A DNA stretch of 32,818 nt from Desulfuromonadaceae bacterium (GTDB taxonomy: Bacteria; Desulfobacterota; Desulfuromonadia; Desulfuromonadales; BM103): the NCBI GenBank assembly GCA_041310635.1, contig JBFYXI010000019.1, forward strand, positions 1 to 32,818. Direction: 5' to 3'. The first letter of the stretch is position 1. Every line of letters begins with the position of its first letter. A program made the translations under genes and the position numbers. The notes below the pieces were generated by a model. That model did no database searches. It was not told the origin of the DNA and saw nothing but the letters and a program-made list of their open reading frames with translations. This document shows positions 10,509 to 22,655 of this stretch, piece after piece.

Positions 10509-10710
10509 TTGACGCGGAGACGCTGCGGCGCTGAGAAAGTCTTTTGAGGGTCAAGGAACAAAGAACGAGGAATAGGTTTTTGCCCTAGGATCTTGAACCT
10601 AGGCTCTTGAACCTAGGACCTTGAACCTAGGATCTTGAACCTTGGACCTTGGACCTTGAACCTTGGGCCTGCCAGTGGATTTCCTCCGCGCCTCTGCGCC
10701 TCTGCGTCAA
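10509..10710. repeat. Composite element: outer inverted repeat TTGACGCGGAGACGC / GCCTCTGCGTCAA enclosing GGTTTTTGCC and a 13-unit heptamer array
   Basis: The outer arms at 10509-10523 and 10698-10710 are complementary (11/13). The inner array is at 10584-10674. 8-mer units GCGCCTCT x2 lie at 10689-10704. Confidence 0.75.
10584..10674. repeat. Tandem heptamer array of 13 units: CCTAGGA TCTTGAA CCTAGGC TCTTGAA CCTAGGA CCTTGAA CCTAGGA TCTTGAA CCTTGGA CCTTGGA CCTTGAA CCTTGGG CCTGCCA
   Basis: The units were counted directly in the sequence. The 7-nt phase is strict over 91 nt. Confidence 0.9.
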
Positions 10711-10726
10711 ATAAAGGGCTTAAAAT

Positions 10727-11881
<1,155 letters not shown>

Positions 11882-11894
11882 CAAGGCGGAAATT

Positions 11895-11988
11895 ACAGAA
11901 TACAGAATACAGAATACAGAATAAAATCATTCAATCTTCGGCAACCTTGGCCGAAGATTCTGAATTCTGACTCCTGAATTCTGTATTC
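11895..11988. repeat. Heptamer-phased palindrome: (ACAGAAT)4, a perfect 10-bp central hairpin, then CTGAATT CTGACTC CTGAATT CTGTATT
   Basis: The left array is at 11895-11922. The central stem pairs AATCTTCGGC (11933-11942) with GCCGAAGATT (11950-11959). The right array at 11960-11987 is roughly complementary to the left array. Confidence 0.8.
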
Positions 11989-12006
11989 GCCTGAAAGGTA
12001 CTGAGA

Positions 12007-13914
<1,908 letters not shown>

Positions 13915-13930
13915 GGCGGTTACTAGTGTC

Positions 13931-15066
13931 TAGTTGCAAAATTAAACGATATAATATGGACTTCTTTCACCCTCTTCGCGAAAGGAGTCGCTTATGCCGA
14001 GAAAAGCTCCCCCACCGCCGTGCAGCGAGAAGGACCGCCAGACACTCAGGGAATGGGCAAGCAGTCGAAGCATGGAGGTACGCCTTGTTGAACGTGCCCG
14101 GAGCATCTGCAAACTCCTTGACGGAGACTCCGTCAGTAAAGTCGCCAAGGACCTTAATGTGCGCCAGAACACGGTGATTGAATGGCGTGACCGGTTCGCA
14201 GATCAAGGCATTGCCGGACTGTACGATCGTCCGCGTTCGGGTAAGCCCCCGAAATATGATCAGGAGTTCCACTCGCAAGTTCTGAAAACCCTGGAACTTC
14301 CGCCACCACCTGGTCAGGCATGCTGGGACGGGCCGGCGCTTGCCAAACATCTTGGGGCTTCAGATGATGCTGTCTGGCGTGTGCTGCGCAAACACAATAT
14401 CGGTCTTTCCCGACAACGAAGTTGGTGTGTCAGCACCGATCCCGAGTTTGCACCGAAGGCAGCCGATATTATCGGACTCTATTTGGCGCCACCCGAGAAA
14501 GCCTTAGTCATTTCGGTTGACGAGAAGACAAGTATCCAAGCGTTGGAGCGCACCAAGGGTTATGTTTGTACCAGTAGCGGCAAAATCGTCCAAGGCCTCA
14601 AGAGCACCTACAAGCGGCATGGAACCCTCAACCTGTTTGCGGCGCTGAACGTGGCAACGGGCGCCATCCATGCGCAGACAACCAAGCTCAAGAGACGGGT
14701 TGATTTTCTGGCCTTCATGGATCAGGTCCTCTCAGAACTTCCGGATAGCGATCAGAGAGAAATTCACGTGATCCTGGACAATTACTGCATTCACAAGCGC
14801 AACGATGAATGGCTTGCGCGGCATCCGAACATTACGTTCCACTTTACGCCAACTTCTGCAAGCTGGCTAAATCAAGTGGAGATATGGTTTGGCATTCTCT
14901 CCCGTAAGGCCTTGAATAATGTAAGCTTTCAGAGTGTTGACCAACTGCGTGCGGCCGTTGAGGCATTTATCGACGCCTATCAACCCAACGCCAAGCCCTT
15001 TGTATGGCGCAAGCGCGAGGTCAAGGGCTCGCAATTAAGAAACACTATCGAAAACTTTAGCAATTA
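13931..15066 (+). mobile_element. IS630-family insertion sequence with TA target-site duplication
   Basis: The imperfect terminal inverted repeats are GTTGCAAAATTAAACGATA (from 13933) and the reverse complement of TATCGAAAACTTTAGCAAT (ending 15064). TA flanks the element at 13931-13932 and 15065-15066. The segment is visibly more AT-rich than its surroundings. Confidence 0.75.
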
Positions 15067-15067
15067 G
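13994..15067 (+). CDS. IS630-family transposase (HTH plus DDE_3)
   Basis: 357 aa and intact. It has an N-terminal winged-HTH region and a DDE region (VISVDEKTSIQALER ... ILDNYCIHK ... FTPTSASWLNQVEIWF). Confidence 0.9.
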   Translation: MPRKAPPPPCSEKDRQTLREWASSRSMEVRLVERARSICKLLDGDSVSKVAKDLNVRQNTVIEWRDRFADQGIAGLYDRPRSGKPPKYDQEFHSQVLKTLELPPPPGQACWDGPALAKHLGASDDAVWRVLRKHNIGLSRQRSWCVSTDPEFAPKAADIIGLYLAPPEKALVISVDEKTSIQALERTKGYVCTSSGKIVQGLKSTYKRHGTLNLFAALNVATGAIHAQTTKLKRRVDFLAFMDQVLSELPDSDQREIHVILDNYCIHKRNDEWLARHPNITFHFTPTSASWLNQVEIWFGILSRKALNNVSFQSVDQLRAAVEAFIDAYQPNAKPFVWRKREVKGSQLRNTIENFSN

Positions 15068-15111
15068 ACGCTGGTTGCTGGTTGCGGTTGCTGGCAAAAC
15101 CAAGAACAACG

Positions 15112-15148
15112 GGAAAAGGGGTTCCTTAGCTTGAGGAACCCCTTTTCC
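15112..15148. terminator. Perfect 14-bp palindromic stem-loop (candidate bidirectional terminator)
   Basis: GGAAAAGGGGTTCC (15112-15125) pairs with GGAACCCCTTTTCC (15135-15148) around a 9-nt loop. The A4/T4 runs lie inside the stem and there is no separate U-tract. Confidence 0.45.
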
Positions 15149-15165
15149 TGTGACAACGTCTTCAG

Positions 15166-15256
15166 CAACCAGCAACCAGCAACCAGCAACCAGCAACCAG
15201 CAACCAGCAACCAGCAACCAGCAACCAGCAACCAGCAACCAGCAACCAGCAACCAG
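15166..15256. repeat. Perfect tandem heptanucleotide repeat (CAACCAG)13
   Basis: Thirteen uninterrupted copies were counted (91 nt). The tract ends 3 nt from the thiC stop codon. Confidence 0.95.
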
Positions 15257-15259
15257 GTT

Positions 15260-16573
15260 TCAGCCCCCAGCCCCCGCTCTGGTCTTCTCCTGCCCCCGCT
15301 CGTTCATGACCTTATAAGCGCAGAACGCTCCGCACATGGTGCAGGCGCCGTGCTCCGCGTCGACCCCCGACTCGGCGCGCAGGCGGCGGGCCTTGGCCGG
15401 GTCGAGGGCCAGGGCGAACTGGCCTTCCCAGTCGAGCTGCTTGCGGCAGCGGGCCATGGCGTTGTCTTTCTCGATGGCCCCCGGCACCCCCTTGACAATG
15501 TCGGCGGCGTGGGCGGCGATGCGGCTGGCGATCACCCCCTCGTGAACATCCTCGACGGTCGGTAGGCGCAGGTGCTCGCTGGGGGTGACGTAGCAGAGGA
15601 AGTCGGCTCCGGCCGCGGCCGCGAGGGCTCCGCCGATGGCGCAGGTGATGTGGTCGTAGCCGGGGGCGATGTCGGTCACCAGCGGGCCGAGCACGTAGAA
15701 CGGCGCGCCGTGGCAAAGGCGCTTCTGCAACTGGATGTTGGTCCGGATCTGGTTGAGCGGCACATGACCAGGACCCTCGATCATCACCTGCACCCCGGCC
15801 GCCCAGGCCCGCTCGGTCAATTCGCCGAGCACGATCAGTTCATGAATCTGCGCCCGGTCGGTGGCGTCGGCCAGGCACCCCGGGCGGAAGCCGTCGCCCA
15901 GGGACAGGACCGCGTCGTACGGCTTGACGATCTCCAGGAGGCGGTCGTACTGCTCGTAGAGGGGGTTTTCCTTCTGGTTGTGGGTCATCCACTCGATGGT
16001 GAAGGAGCCGCCGCGGGAGACCACCTCCATGATCCGCCCCTCGCGCTCCATCCGCTCCACGGTGGCGCGGGTCACCCCGCAGTGGACGGTGATGAAATCG
16101 ACGCCGTCATCGAGGTGCTTGACGATCCCTGCGAAGATCTCGTCGGCAGTCATGTCAACCATGGCCTTCTGCTTGCGCATGACCGTATCGACCGCCGCCT
16201 GGTAGAGTGGCACGCTGCCGATGCAGGCTTTGGTTTCGGCAATCACCGCCCGGCGGATCTCATCGATCGGCCCGCCGGTGGAAAGATCCATGATCGCGTC
16301 CGCCCCGGCGGCCACCGCCACGCGGGCCTTCTCCAGCTCCTTGTCGATGCTGGTATCGTCGCGGCTGGTGCCGATGTTGGCATTGACCTTGGTGCGCAAT
16401 CCCAGGCCGACGGCCAGCGGCGTGCCGTGTGTGTGCTTGCGGTTGCGGCAGATGACCGCAGTGCCCTCGGCGATGCGCTGGCGCAAGGTTTCGGCAGCAA
16501 CCCCCTCAAGCGCGGCAGCCTGCTCCATCAGTTCGGTGACGATACCCTGGCGGGCAGCTTCGATTGTGGTCAT
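15260..16573 (-). CDS. thiC: Phosphomethylpyrimidine synthase ThiC (radical SAM)
   Basis: 437 aa. The sequence is ThiC-like throughout and ends in the cluster motif CTMCGAFCAYK. Confidence 0.95.
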   Translation of the reverse strand: MTTIEAARQGIVTELMEQAAALEGVAAETLRQRIAEGTAVICRNRKHTHGTPLAVGLGLRTKVNANIGTSRDDTSIDKELEKARVAVAAGADAIMDLSTGGPIDEIRRAVIAETKACIGSVPLYQAAVDTVMRKQKAMVDMTADEIFAGIVKHLDDGVDFITVHCGVTRATVERMEREGRIMEVVSRGGSFTIEWMTHNQKENPLYEQYDRLLEIVKPYDAVLSLGDGFRPGCLADATDRAQIHELIVLGELTERAWAAGVQVMIEGPGHVPLNQIRTNIQLQKRLCHGAPFYVLGPLVTDIAPGYDHITCAIGGALAAAAGADFLCYVTPSEHLRLPTVEDVHEGVIASRIAAHAADIVKGVPGAIEKDNAMARCRKQLDWEGQFALALDPAKARRLRAESGVDAEHGACTMCGAFCAYKVMNERGQEKTRAGAGG

Positions 16574-16581
16574 GGTTTCCT

Positions 16582-16654
16582 CTTGGTTTCTGGTTTCTAG
16601 TGGCTGGTTTCTGGTTCTTGGTTCTTGGTTTCTGGTTTTGCCAGCAACCAGTAA

Positions 16655-16658
<4 letters not shown>
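16582..16658. repeat. Heptamer-phased element inside the thiamine operon
   Basis: CTTGGTT TCTGGTT TCTAGTG GCTGGTT TCTGGTT CTTGGTT CTTGGTT TCTGGTTTTGCCAG CAACCAG TAACTAG. It fills the whole thiED-thiC spacer. The terminal CTAG contains the thiED stop codon. Confidence 0.85.
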
Positions 16659-18085
<1,427 letters not shown>

Positions 18086-18096
18086 CTTTTCTCCCC

Positions 18097-18140
18097 GCAA
18101 AAAACAAAGAATCGCCGGGCTGGTTCGGCCACGGCGATTC
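18097..18140 (-). terminator. Intrinsic terminator forming the expression platform of the TPP riboswitch
   Basis: On the minus strand GAATCGCCG pairs with CGGCGATTC, extended by GGC/GCC pairs. TTTGTTTTTT follows, immediately before the thiDE RBS. Confidence 0.7.
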
Positions 18141-18167
18141 CCGAAGGTTTCGATCGTTGCTGACCAG

Positions 18168-18262
18168 ACCGCTTCCCTACGCCGGCATGACCCGGATCAG
18201 GTTCGAGGGGTCGTCCCGCCCGCGCGGAACTCTCAGTAGGAAAGGCCTACTCCCCCAGCGGT
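18168..18262 (-). promoter_or_regulatory. TPP (THI-box) riboswitch aptamer
   Basis: The minus strand reads ACCGCUGGGGGAG...CUGAGAG...ACCCCUCGAACCUGAUCCGGGUCAUGCCGGCGUAGGGAAGCGGU. This matches the conserved CUGAGA and ACCUGAUCUGG..CCAGCGUAGGGAA cores, with P1 pairing ACCGC/GCGGU. Confidence 0.9.
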
Positions 18263-18393
18263 AATGGCTTGTTGCGGCTGATCGGCCCGTCTTTATCGGC
18301 AACGCGCCCACAGCATTCAAACAGCTTATAAAGGTTGCCGCCACCCTGTCAACCTTTGCGTGCCATCGGAGGCGGTCCGGTCCCAGCAGGCTC

Positions 18394-18422
18394 TTTACAC
18401 CTTGCCGGCCACGTGGTTAAAT
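18394..18422 (+). promoter_or_regulatory. Candidate sigma70 promoter TTTACA-17-TTAAAT for alr
   Basis: Hexamers with 17-nt spacing lie about 40 nt upstream of ATG 18461. Confidence 0.45.
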
Positions 18423-18460
18423 GCCGCTGCCACTCCCTGCCGCGAGGTTCTGCATCCGCC

Positions 18461-19600
18461 ATGACATCTCTCCCGCTGACCCGCCCCACCCGTGTCGAAA
18501 TCGATTGTGGCGCCCTGCGCTTCAACCTGGCCAAAGTGCGCCAGACCGTCGGTTCCGGCTGCGAAATTCTCGCCGTCGTCAAGGCTGATGCCTATGGCCA
18601 TGGCGCCTCGGGAGTGGCCCCGGTGCTGGCCGCCGCCGGCGCCGACCAGTTCGGTGTCGCCCTGGTGGGAGAAGGGGAGGCCCTGCGCCGTTACGGAATC
18701 CGTCAGCCCATCGTCGTGCTGGGCGGGGTCTTCCCCGGCGAAGAACCGATGGTGCTCGAACACGACCTGCAGCCAGTACTCTACGACCTGGACACCGCCC
18801 GTCGCCTCTCTGCCGCCGCTGGTCATGCCGGCCGCCGGATTGCGTGTCATCTCAAGGTCGACACGGGGATGGGTCGCCTCGGCTTCCGCCCCGAAATGCT
18901 GTCGGAAGTTCTCGCTGTCCTGAGCGGCTTACCGGAATTGGAGCTGCGCGGCCTGGCCAGCCACCTGGCGCTGGCCGACGAACCGGAGCAGCCGTTCACC
19001 ACGGCACAGCTGGCAAAGTTTCGGCGCGTGGGCGAACAGGTGCGCGCCGCCGGCTTCACCCCCCGATACACCCATATCGCCAACAGTGCCGCCATCTACA
19101 GTCGGGAGTTGGATGGCTGCAACCTGGTGCGTCCCGGCATCTCTCTCTACGGCGGACTGACCGGCACGCCGTTCGAGGAAATCGTGCCGCAGCGACCGGT
19201 CATGCGCTTCGTCAGCCAGGTGGCCCAGCTCAAGGAGGTTCCGGCCGGAGAGGGGATTTCCTATGCCCACCGTTTCGTCACGCCGCGTCCCTCGCTGATC
19301 GCCGCCGTCCCCGTCGGCTACGCCGACGGTTACAATCGCCTGCTGACCAACCGCGGCGAAGTGCTGATCCGCGGTTGTCGCGCACCGGTCGCGGGGACGG
19401 TCTGCATGGACTGGATCCTGGTCGACGTCACGGCGATCCGCGGCGTAACGGTAGGCGACCAGGTGACGCTGCTCGGTTGCGACGGTGACGAGTGCGTCAG
19501 CGCCCGGGAGTGGGCTGAGAAAATCGGCACCATCACCTATGAGGTGTTCTGCCAGATCAGCAAGCGCGTACCACGGATTTTCGTAAATCGCGAGGGGTGA
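18461..19600 (+). CDS. alr: Alanine racemase
   Basis: From ATG 18461 the protein reads MTSLPLTRPTRVEIDCGALRFNL. It has the PLP-lysine motif AVVKADAYGHG and the C-terminal motif YEVFC. The upstream 42 codons in the ORF track are unlikely to be coding. Confidence 0.92.
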   Translation: MTSLPLTRPTRVEIDCGALRFNLAKVRQTVGSGCEILAVVKADAYGHGASGVAPVLAAAGADQFGVALVGEGEALRRYGIRQPIVVLGGVFPGEEPMVLEHDLQPVLYDLDTARRLSAAAGHAGRRIACHLKVDTGMGRLGFRPEMLSEVLAVLSGLPELELRGLASHLALADEPEQPFTTAQLAKFRRVGEQVRAAGFTPRYTHIANSAAIYSRELDGCNLVRPGISLYGGLTGTPFEEIVPQRPVMRFVSQVAQLKEVPAGEGISYAHRFVTPRPSLIAAVPVGYADGYNRLLTNRGEVLIRGCRAPVAGTVCMDWILVDVTAIRGVTVGDQVTLLGCDGDECVSAREWAEKIGTITYEVFCQISKRVPRIFVNREG

Positions 19601-19614
19601 GGAGTACAGGTGTG

Positions 19615-20916
19615 ATGGTCGATAAGCCCCCAGCCCCCGGCCCCGGTTTTCTCACTATCGATCTCGGCACCACCACCCTGGCCGGCCGGGTGGTGGCCGC
19701 TGACGGTGCCCTCCTGGCCGAAGCCCGCGCGTCCAACCCGCAGCGCGCCCTCGGTACCGACATTCTCACCCGCCTGCAACGGGCGCAGGAGGGGGCTGGC
19801 GAGGAGTTGCAGGGGCTGCTGGTCGATGGCGTGCGCGGGCTGGTCAGGGACCTTCTGACCAAAGCCGGCTGCTCGCCGGCAACGGTCAAGGCGGTGGCTG
19901 CCGCCGGCAATCCCGGCATCAGCCATCTGCTCTGCCGGCTGCCGGTCGCATCACTGCTTTTCCCGCCGCACCGCTGCGCCCTGCAGCAGCTGACGGTTCT
20001 CACTCCAGCGGAACTCGACCTGGGGCTGCCGGTGCCGCTGCAGCTCTTCCCGGCCGTGACCGGCTTCATCGGCGGCGATCTGGTAGCGGTTCTTTTCGGA
20101 TCACGGCTCACGAATCACGGTTTCCCCCCTCACTCCTCACCCCTCACCCCTCACGAAATCGGGCACCAAGGCCCCGCCCTCGTGCTCGACCTCGGTACCA
20201 ATGCCGAACTGGCGCTGTGGACCGGTTCCCACTGGCGGGTGACTTCGGCCGCCGCCGGGCCGGCCTTCGAGGCCGGCAATATCGCCTGTGGGATGCCGTT
20301 GGCGCCGGGGGCGGTGACCGATGTGCAACGCTCCGGCGACCGCCTGGAACTGGTGGTGGCCGGTGGCGGCCGGCCGGCCGGGCTGTGCGGCAGCGGCCTG
20401 CTTGCCCTACTGGCGGTGGCTCGCCGCGGCGGGCTGATCGATGTCGGCGGGCGGATTGTCGCCCCTGACGAGGTCGACACCAATCTGGCCCGTTATCTGG
20501 TGCCGGACGGGGCGGGGTGGAGCCTGGCCTTCCATCGCGATGCCCGGGGGGAACTGCGCCTGACCCAGGAGGATGTGCGCCAGTTTCAATTGGCCAAGGG
20601 GGCGGTGCGCGCCGGCGTCGAAGTTCTGCTCGGGCGGAGTGGTCTGGCCCCTGCCGAGATCGTCGCGGTCATGCTGACCGGCGCCTTCGGCGCGGCCCTG
20701 CCGAAAGCCGCTCTGGAAGGGGTTGCCATGCTGCCGGAGGGCATGATAGATAAGCTCTTCCCGGTGGCGAACGGGGTGCTCGACGGACTGGCGGACTATC
20801 TCCGCGACCCGCACGGGCCGGAGCGCCTGGCGACCCTGCTGGACACCGTCAAGCCGCTGCCGCTCTCCGGAACCCCGGCCTTCGAGAGGCGCTTCCTGGC
20901 GGCGCTGGATTTTTAG
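19615..20916 (+). CDS. Stand-alone ASKHA-fold ATPase of the DUF4445 / RACo C-terminal domain family
   Basis: It has the motifs [35 protein letters not shown] and LTGAFGAAL. There is no N-terminal ferredoxin domain. The start is ATG 19615 (GAGGA RBS), or alternatively GTG 19597, which overlaps the alr stop. Confidence 0.75.
   Translation: MVDKPPAPGPGFLTIDLGTTTLAGRVVAADGALLAEARASNPQRALGTDILTRLQRAQEGAGEELQGLLVDGVRGLVRDLLTKAGCSPATVKAVAAAGNPGISHLLCRLPVASLLFPPHRCALQQLTVLTPAELDLGLPVPLQLFPAVTGFIGGDLVAVLFGSRLTNHGFPPHSSPLTPHEIGHQGPALVLDLGTNAELALWTGSHWRVTSAAAGPAFEAGNIACGMPLAPGAVTDVQRSGDRLELVVAGGGRPAGLCGSGLLALLAVARRGGLIDVGGRIVAPDEVDTNLARYLVPDGAGWSLAFHRDARGELRLTQEDVRQFQLAKGAVRAGVEVLLGRSGLAPAEIVAVMLTGAFGAALPKAALEGVAMLPEGMIDKLFPVANGVLDGLADYLRDPHGPERLATLLDTVKPLPLSGTPAFERRFLAALDF
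20100..20155. repeat. 7-nt-phased repeat array embedded in frame in the DUF4445 CDS
   Basis: ATCACGG CTCACGA ATCACGG TTTCCCCC CTCACTC CTCACCC CTCACCC CTCACG. TCAC recurs at 20101, 20108 and 20115, then at 20130, 20137, 20144 and 20151. The array encodes [18 protein letters not shown]. Confidence 0.7.
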
Positions 20917-20927
20917 CCGGAACTTTC

Positions 20928-21061
20928 GACACGGAGACGCAGAGACGCGGAGAAGAACCAAACGTCCCTGTTGTTAACATCATGAAAACCTTGACTTTCC
21001 ATGATGGCTCTGGTTTGACGATGCAGTTTCTGCAGTTGGATTTTCTCTGCGTCTCCGCGTC
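20928..21061. repeat. Inverted-repeat-bounded element of the GACGCGGAGACGCAGAGA family (8-nt phased arms)
   Basis: The left arm GACACGGAGACGCAGAGA (20928-20945) pairs with TCTCTGCGTCTCCGCGTC (21044-21061), 17/18. An inner 7-bp hairpin pairs CATCATG with CATGATG. The reverse complement of the right arm (TTGACGCGGAGACGC, 21049-21063) is identical to 10509-10523. Confidence 0.75.
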
Positions 21062-21089
21062 AATATTAATTTTTGAGGAGATTCCCAAA

Positions 21090-22655
21090 ATGGCCAAGAT
21101 TCAGCGGGCACTGATCAGCGTTTCCGACAAGACCGGCATCCTCGATTTCGCCCGGGAACTGGCCGGGTACGGAGTCGAAATCCTCTCCACCGGCGGCACC
21201 GCCAAACTGCTGCGCGACAATGGTTTGCCGGTCAAGGACGTCGCCGATTTCACCGGCTTCCCGGAGATGCTCGACGGCCGGGTCAAGACCCTGCATCCCA
21301 AGGTGCATGGCGGCCTGCTCGGCCTGCGCGCCAATCCCGAACACGTCGCGACCATGCTGGCCCATGGCATCCAGCCGATCGACATGGTCGTGGTCAATCT
21401 CTACCCCTTCGAGGCCACCGTGGCCAAGGCCGACTGCCCTCTCGAGGAGGCCATCGAGAATATCGACATCGGCGGACCGACCATGCTGCGCTCGGCGGCC
21501 AAAAACAACGCCGATGTCACCGTGCTGGTCGACCCTGTCGACTACCGTGCAGTCCTCGACGAGATGCAGACGAACGGCGGTGCGGTCGGCAGGGCCACCA
21601 ACTTCCGGCTGGCGGTCAAGGTCTACCAGCATACCGCCGCCTACGACGGCGCCATCTCCAACTGGCTCGGCAAGCAGTTGGGCGAGGACGCTGCCCACTT
21701 CCCGCCGGTGCTGACCCTGCAGTATCGCAAGGCACAGGGGATGCGCTATGGCGAGAATCCCCACCAGGGCGCCGCCTTTTACGTCGAGCGCGACGTGCGC
21801 GAGGCGTCGATCGCCACCGCCCGCCAGCTGCAGGGGAAAGAGCTCTCCTACAACAACATCGCCGACACCGATGCGGCTCTGGAGTGCGTCAAGCAGTTTG
21901 CCGAGGGCCCGGCCTGCGTCATCGTCAAGCACGCCAACCCCTGCGGGGTGGCCATCGGCGCTACGCTCCTGGAGGCCTACGACCGCGCCTACCGGACCGA
22001 TCCGGAATCGGCTTTCGGCGGGATTATCGCCGTCAACCGCGAGCTGGATGCCGCGACCGCCCAGGCGATCTGCGAGCGCCAGTTCGTCGAGGTGATCATC
22101 GCTCCGGCGGTTGCGGCCGCCGCCGGCGAGATCGTCGCCGCCAAGAAGAATTTGCGCCTCCTCGAGTGCGGCATGTGGCCGGAACAGTCGTCGCCGCGCC
22201 TTGATCTGAAGCGGGTCAACGGCGGCGTGCTGGCCCAGGATACGGACCTCGCTCTCTTTGCCGAACTCAAGGTGGTCAGCAAGCGTCAGCCGACCGCCCA
22301 GGAGATGGAAGATCTGCTCTTCGCCTGGCGGGTTGCCAAGTTCGTCAAGTCCAATGCCATCGTCTACGGCAAGGGGCAGATGACCATCGGCGTCGGCGCC
22401 GGGCAGATGAGCCGGGTGAACTCGGCGCGCATCGCCGCCATCAAGGCCGAGCACGCCGGCCTCGAAGTCAAGGGGGCGGTGATGGCTTCCGATGCCTTCT
22501 TCCCGTTCCGCGATGGCATCGACAACGCCGCCAATGTCGGCATCAGCGCGGTGATCCAGCCAGGCGGCAGCATGCGCGACAGCGAAATCATCGCTGCCGC
22601 CGACGAACACGACATGGCGATGGTGTTCACGGGGATGAGGCATTTCCGTCACTAG
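21090..22655 (+). CDS. purH: Bifunctional AICAR transformylase / IMP cyclohydrolase
   Basis: From ATG 21090 the protein reads [16 protein letters not shown]. It also carries [10 protein letters not shown] and a C-terminal FTGMRHFRH. The upstream 36 codons in the ORF track would translate the repeat element. Confidence 0.95.
   Translation: MAKIQRALISVSDKTGILDFARELAGYGVEILSTGGTAKLLRDNGLPVKDVADFTGFPEMLDGRVKTLHPKVHGGLLGLRANPEHVATMLAHGIQPIDMVVVNLYPFEATVAKADCPLEEAIENIDIGGPTMLRSAAKNNADVTVLVDPVDYRAVLDEMQTNGGAVGRATNFRLAVKVYQHTAAYDGAISNWLGKQLGEDAAHFPPVLTLQYRKAQGMRYGENPHQGAAFYVERDVREASIATARQLQGKELSYNNIADTDAALECVKQFAEGPACVIVKHANPCGVAIGATLLEAYDRAYRTDPESAFGGIIAVNRELDAATAQAICERQFVEVIIAPAVAAAAGEIVAAKKNLRLLECGMWPEQSSPRLDLKRVNGGVLAQDTDLALFAELKVVSKRQPTAQEMEDLLFAWRVAKFVKSNAIVYGKGQMTIGVGAGQMSRVNSARIAAIKAEHAGLEVKGAVMASDAFFPFRDGIDNAANVGISAVIQPGGSMRDSEIIAAADEHDMAMVFTGMRHFRH

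Larger units (their letters stand above)
15068..15258. repeat. Large heptamer-phased element between the IS630 and thiC
   Basis: In order it contains CTGGTTG CTGGTTG CGGTTG CTGG, then CAAAACCAAG (the reverse complement of the CTTGGTTTTG part of the apex motif). A perfect 14-bp hairpin follows, then (CAACCAG)13. The short and long arms are complementary. Confidence 0.85.

Noticed and set aside
15166-15256. A possible CRISPR array suggested by the regular short repeats here and at 10584-10674.
   Set aside because: The units are 7 nt and directly abutting, with no spacers, and no cas genes are present. These are microsatellite-like arrays, not CRISPR.
15131-15565. An ORF encoding repeated QQPATSN heptapeptides.
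   Set aside because: The peptide repeat is simply the translation of the (CAACCAG)13 DNA array, since 3 x 7 nt gives 7 aa. The ORF continues antisense into thiC and has no start context.
16574-16654. A second TPP riboswitch upstream of thiC.
   Set aside because: The spacer is only about 80 nt and consists entirely of heptamer repeats. There are no CUGAGA or ACCUGAUCUGG-type cores.
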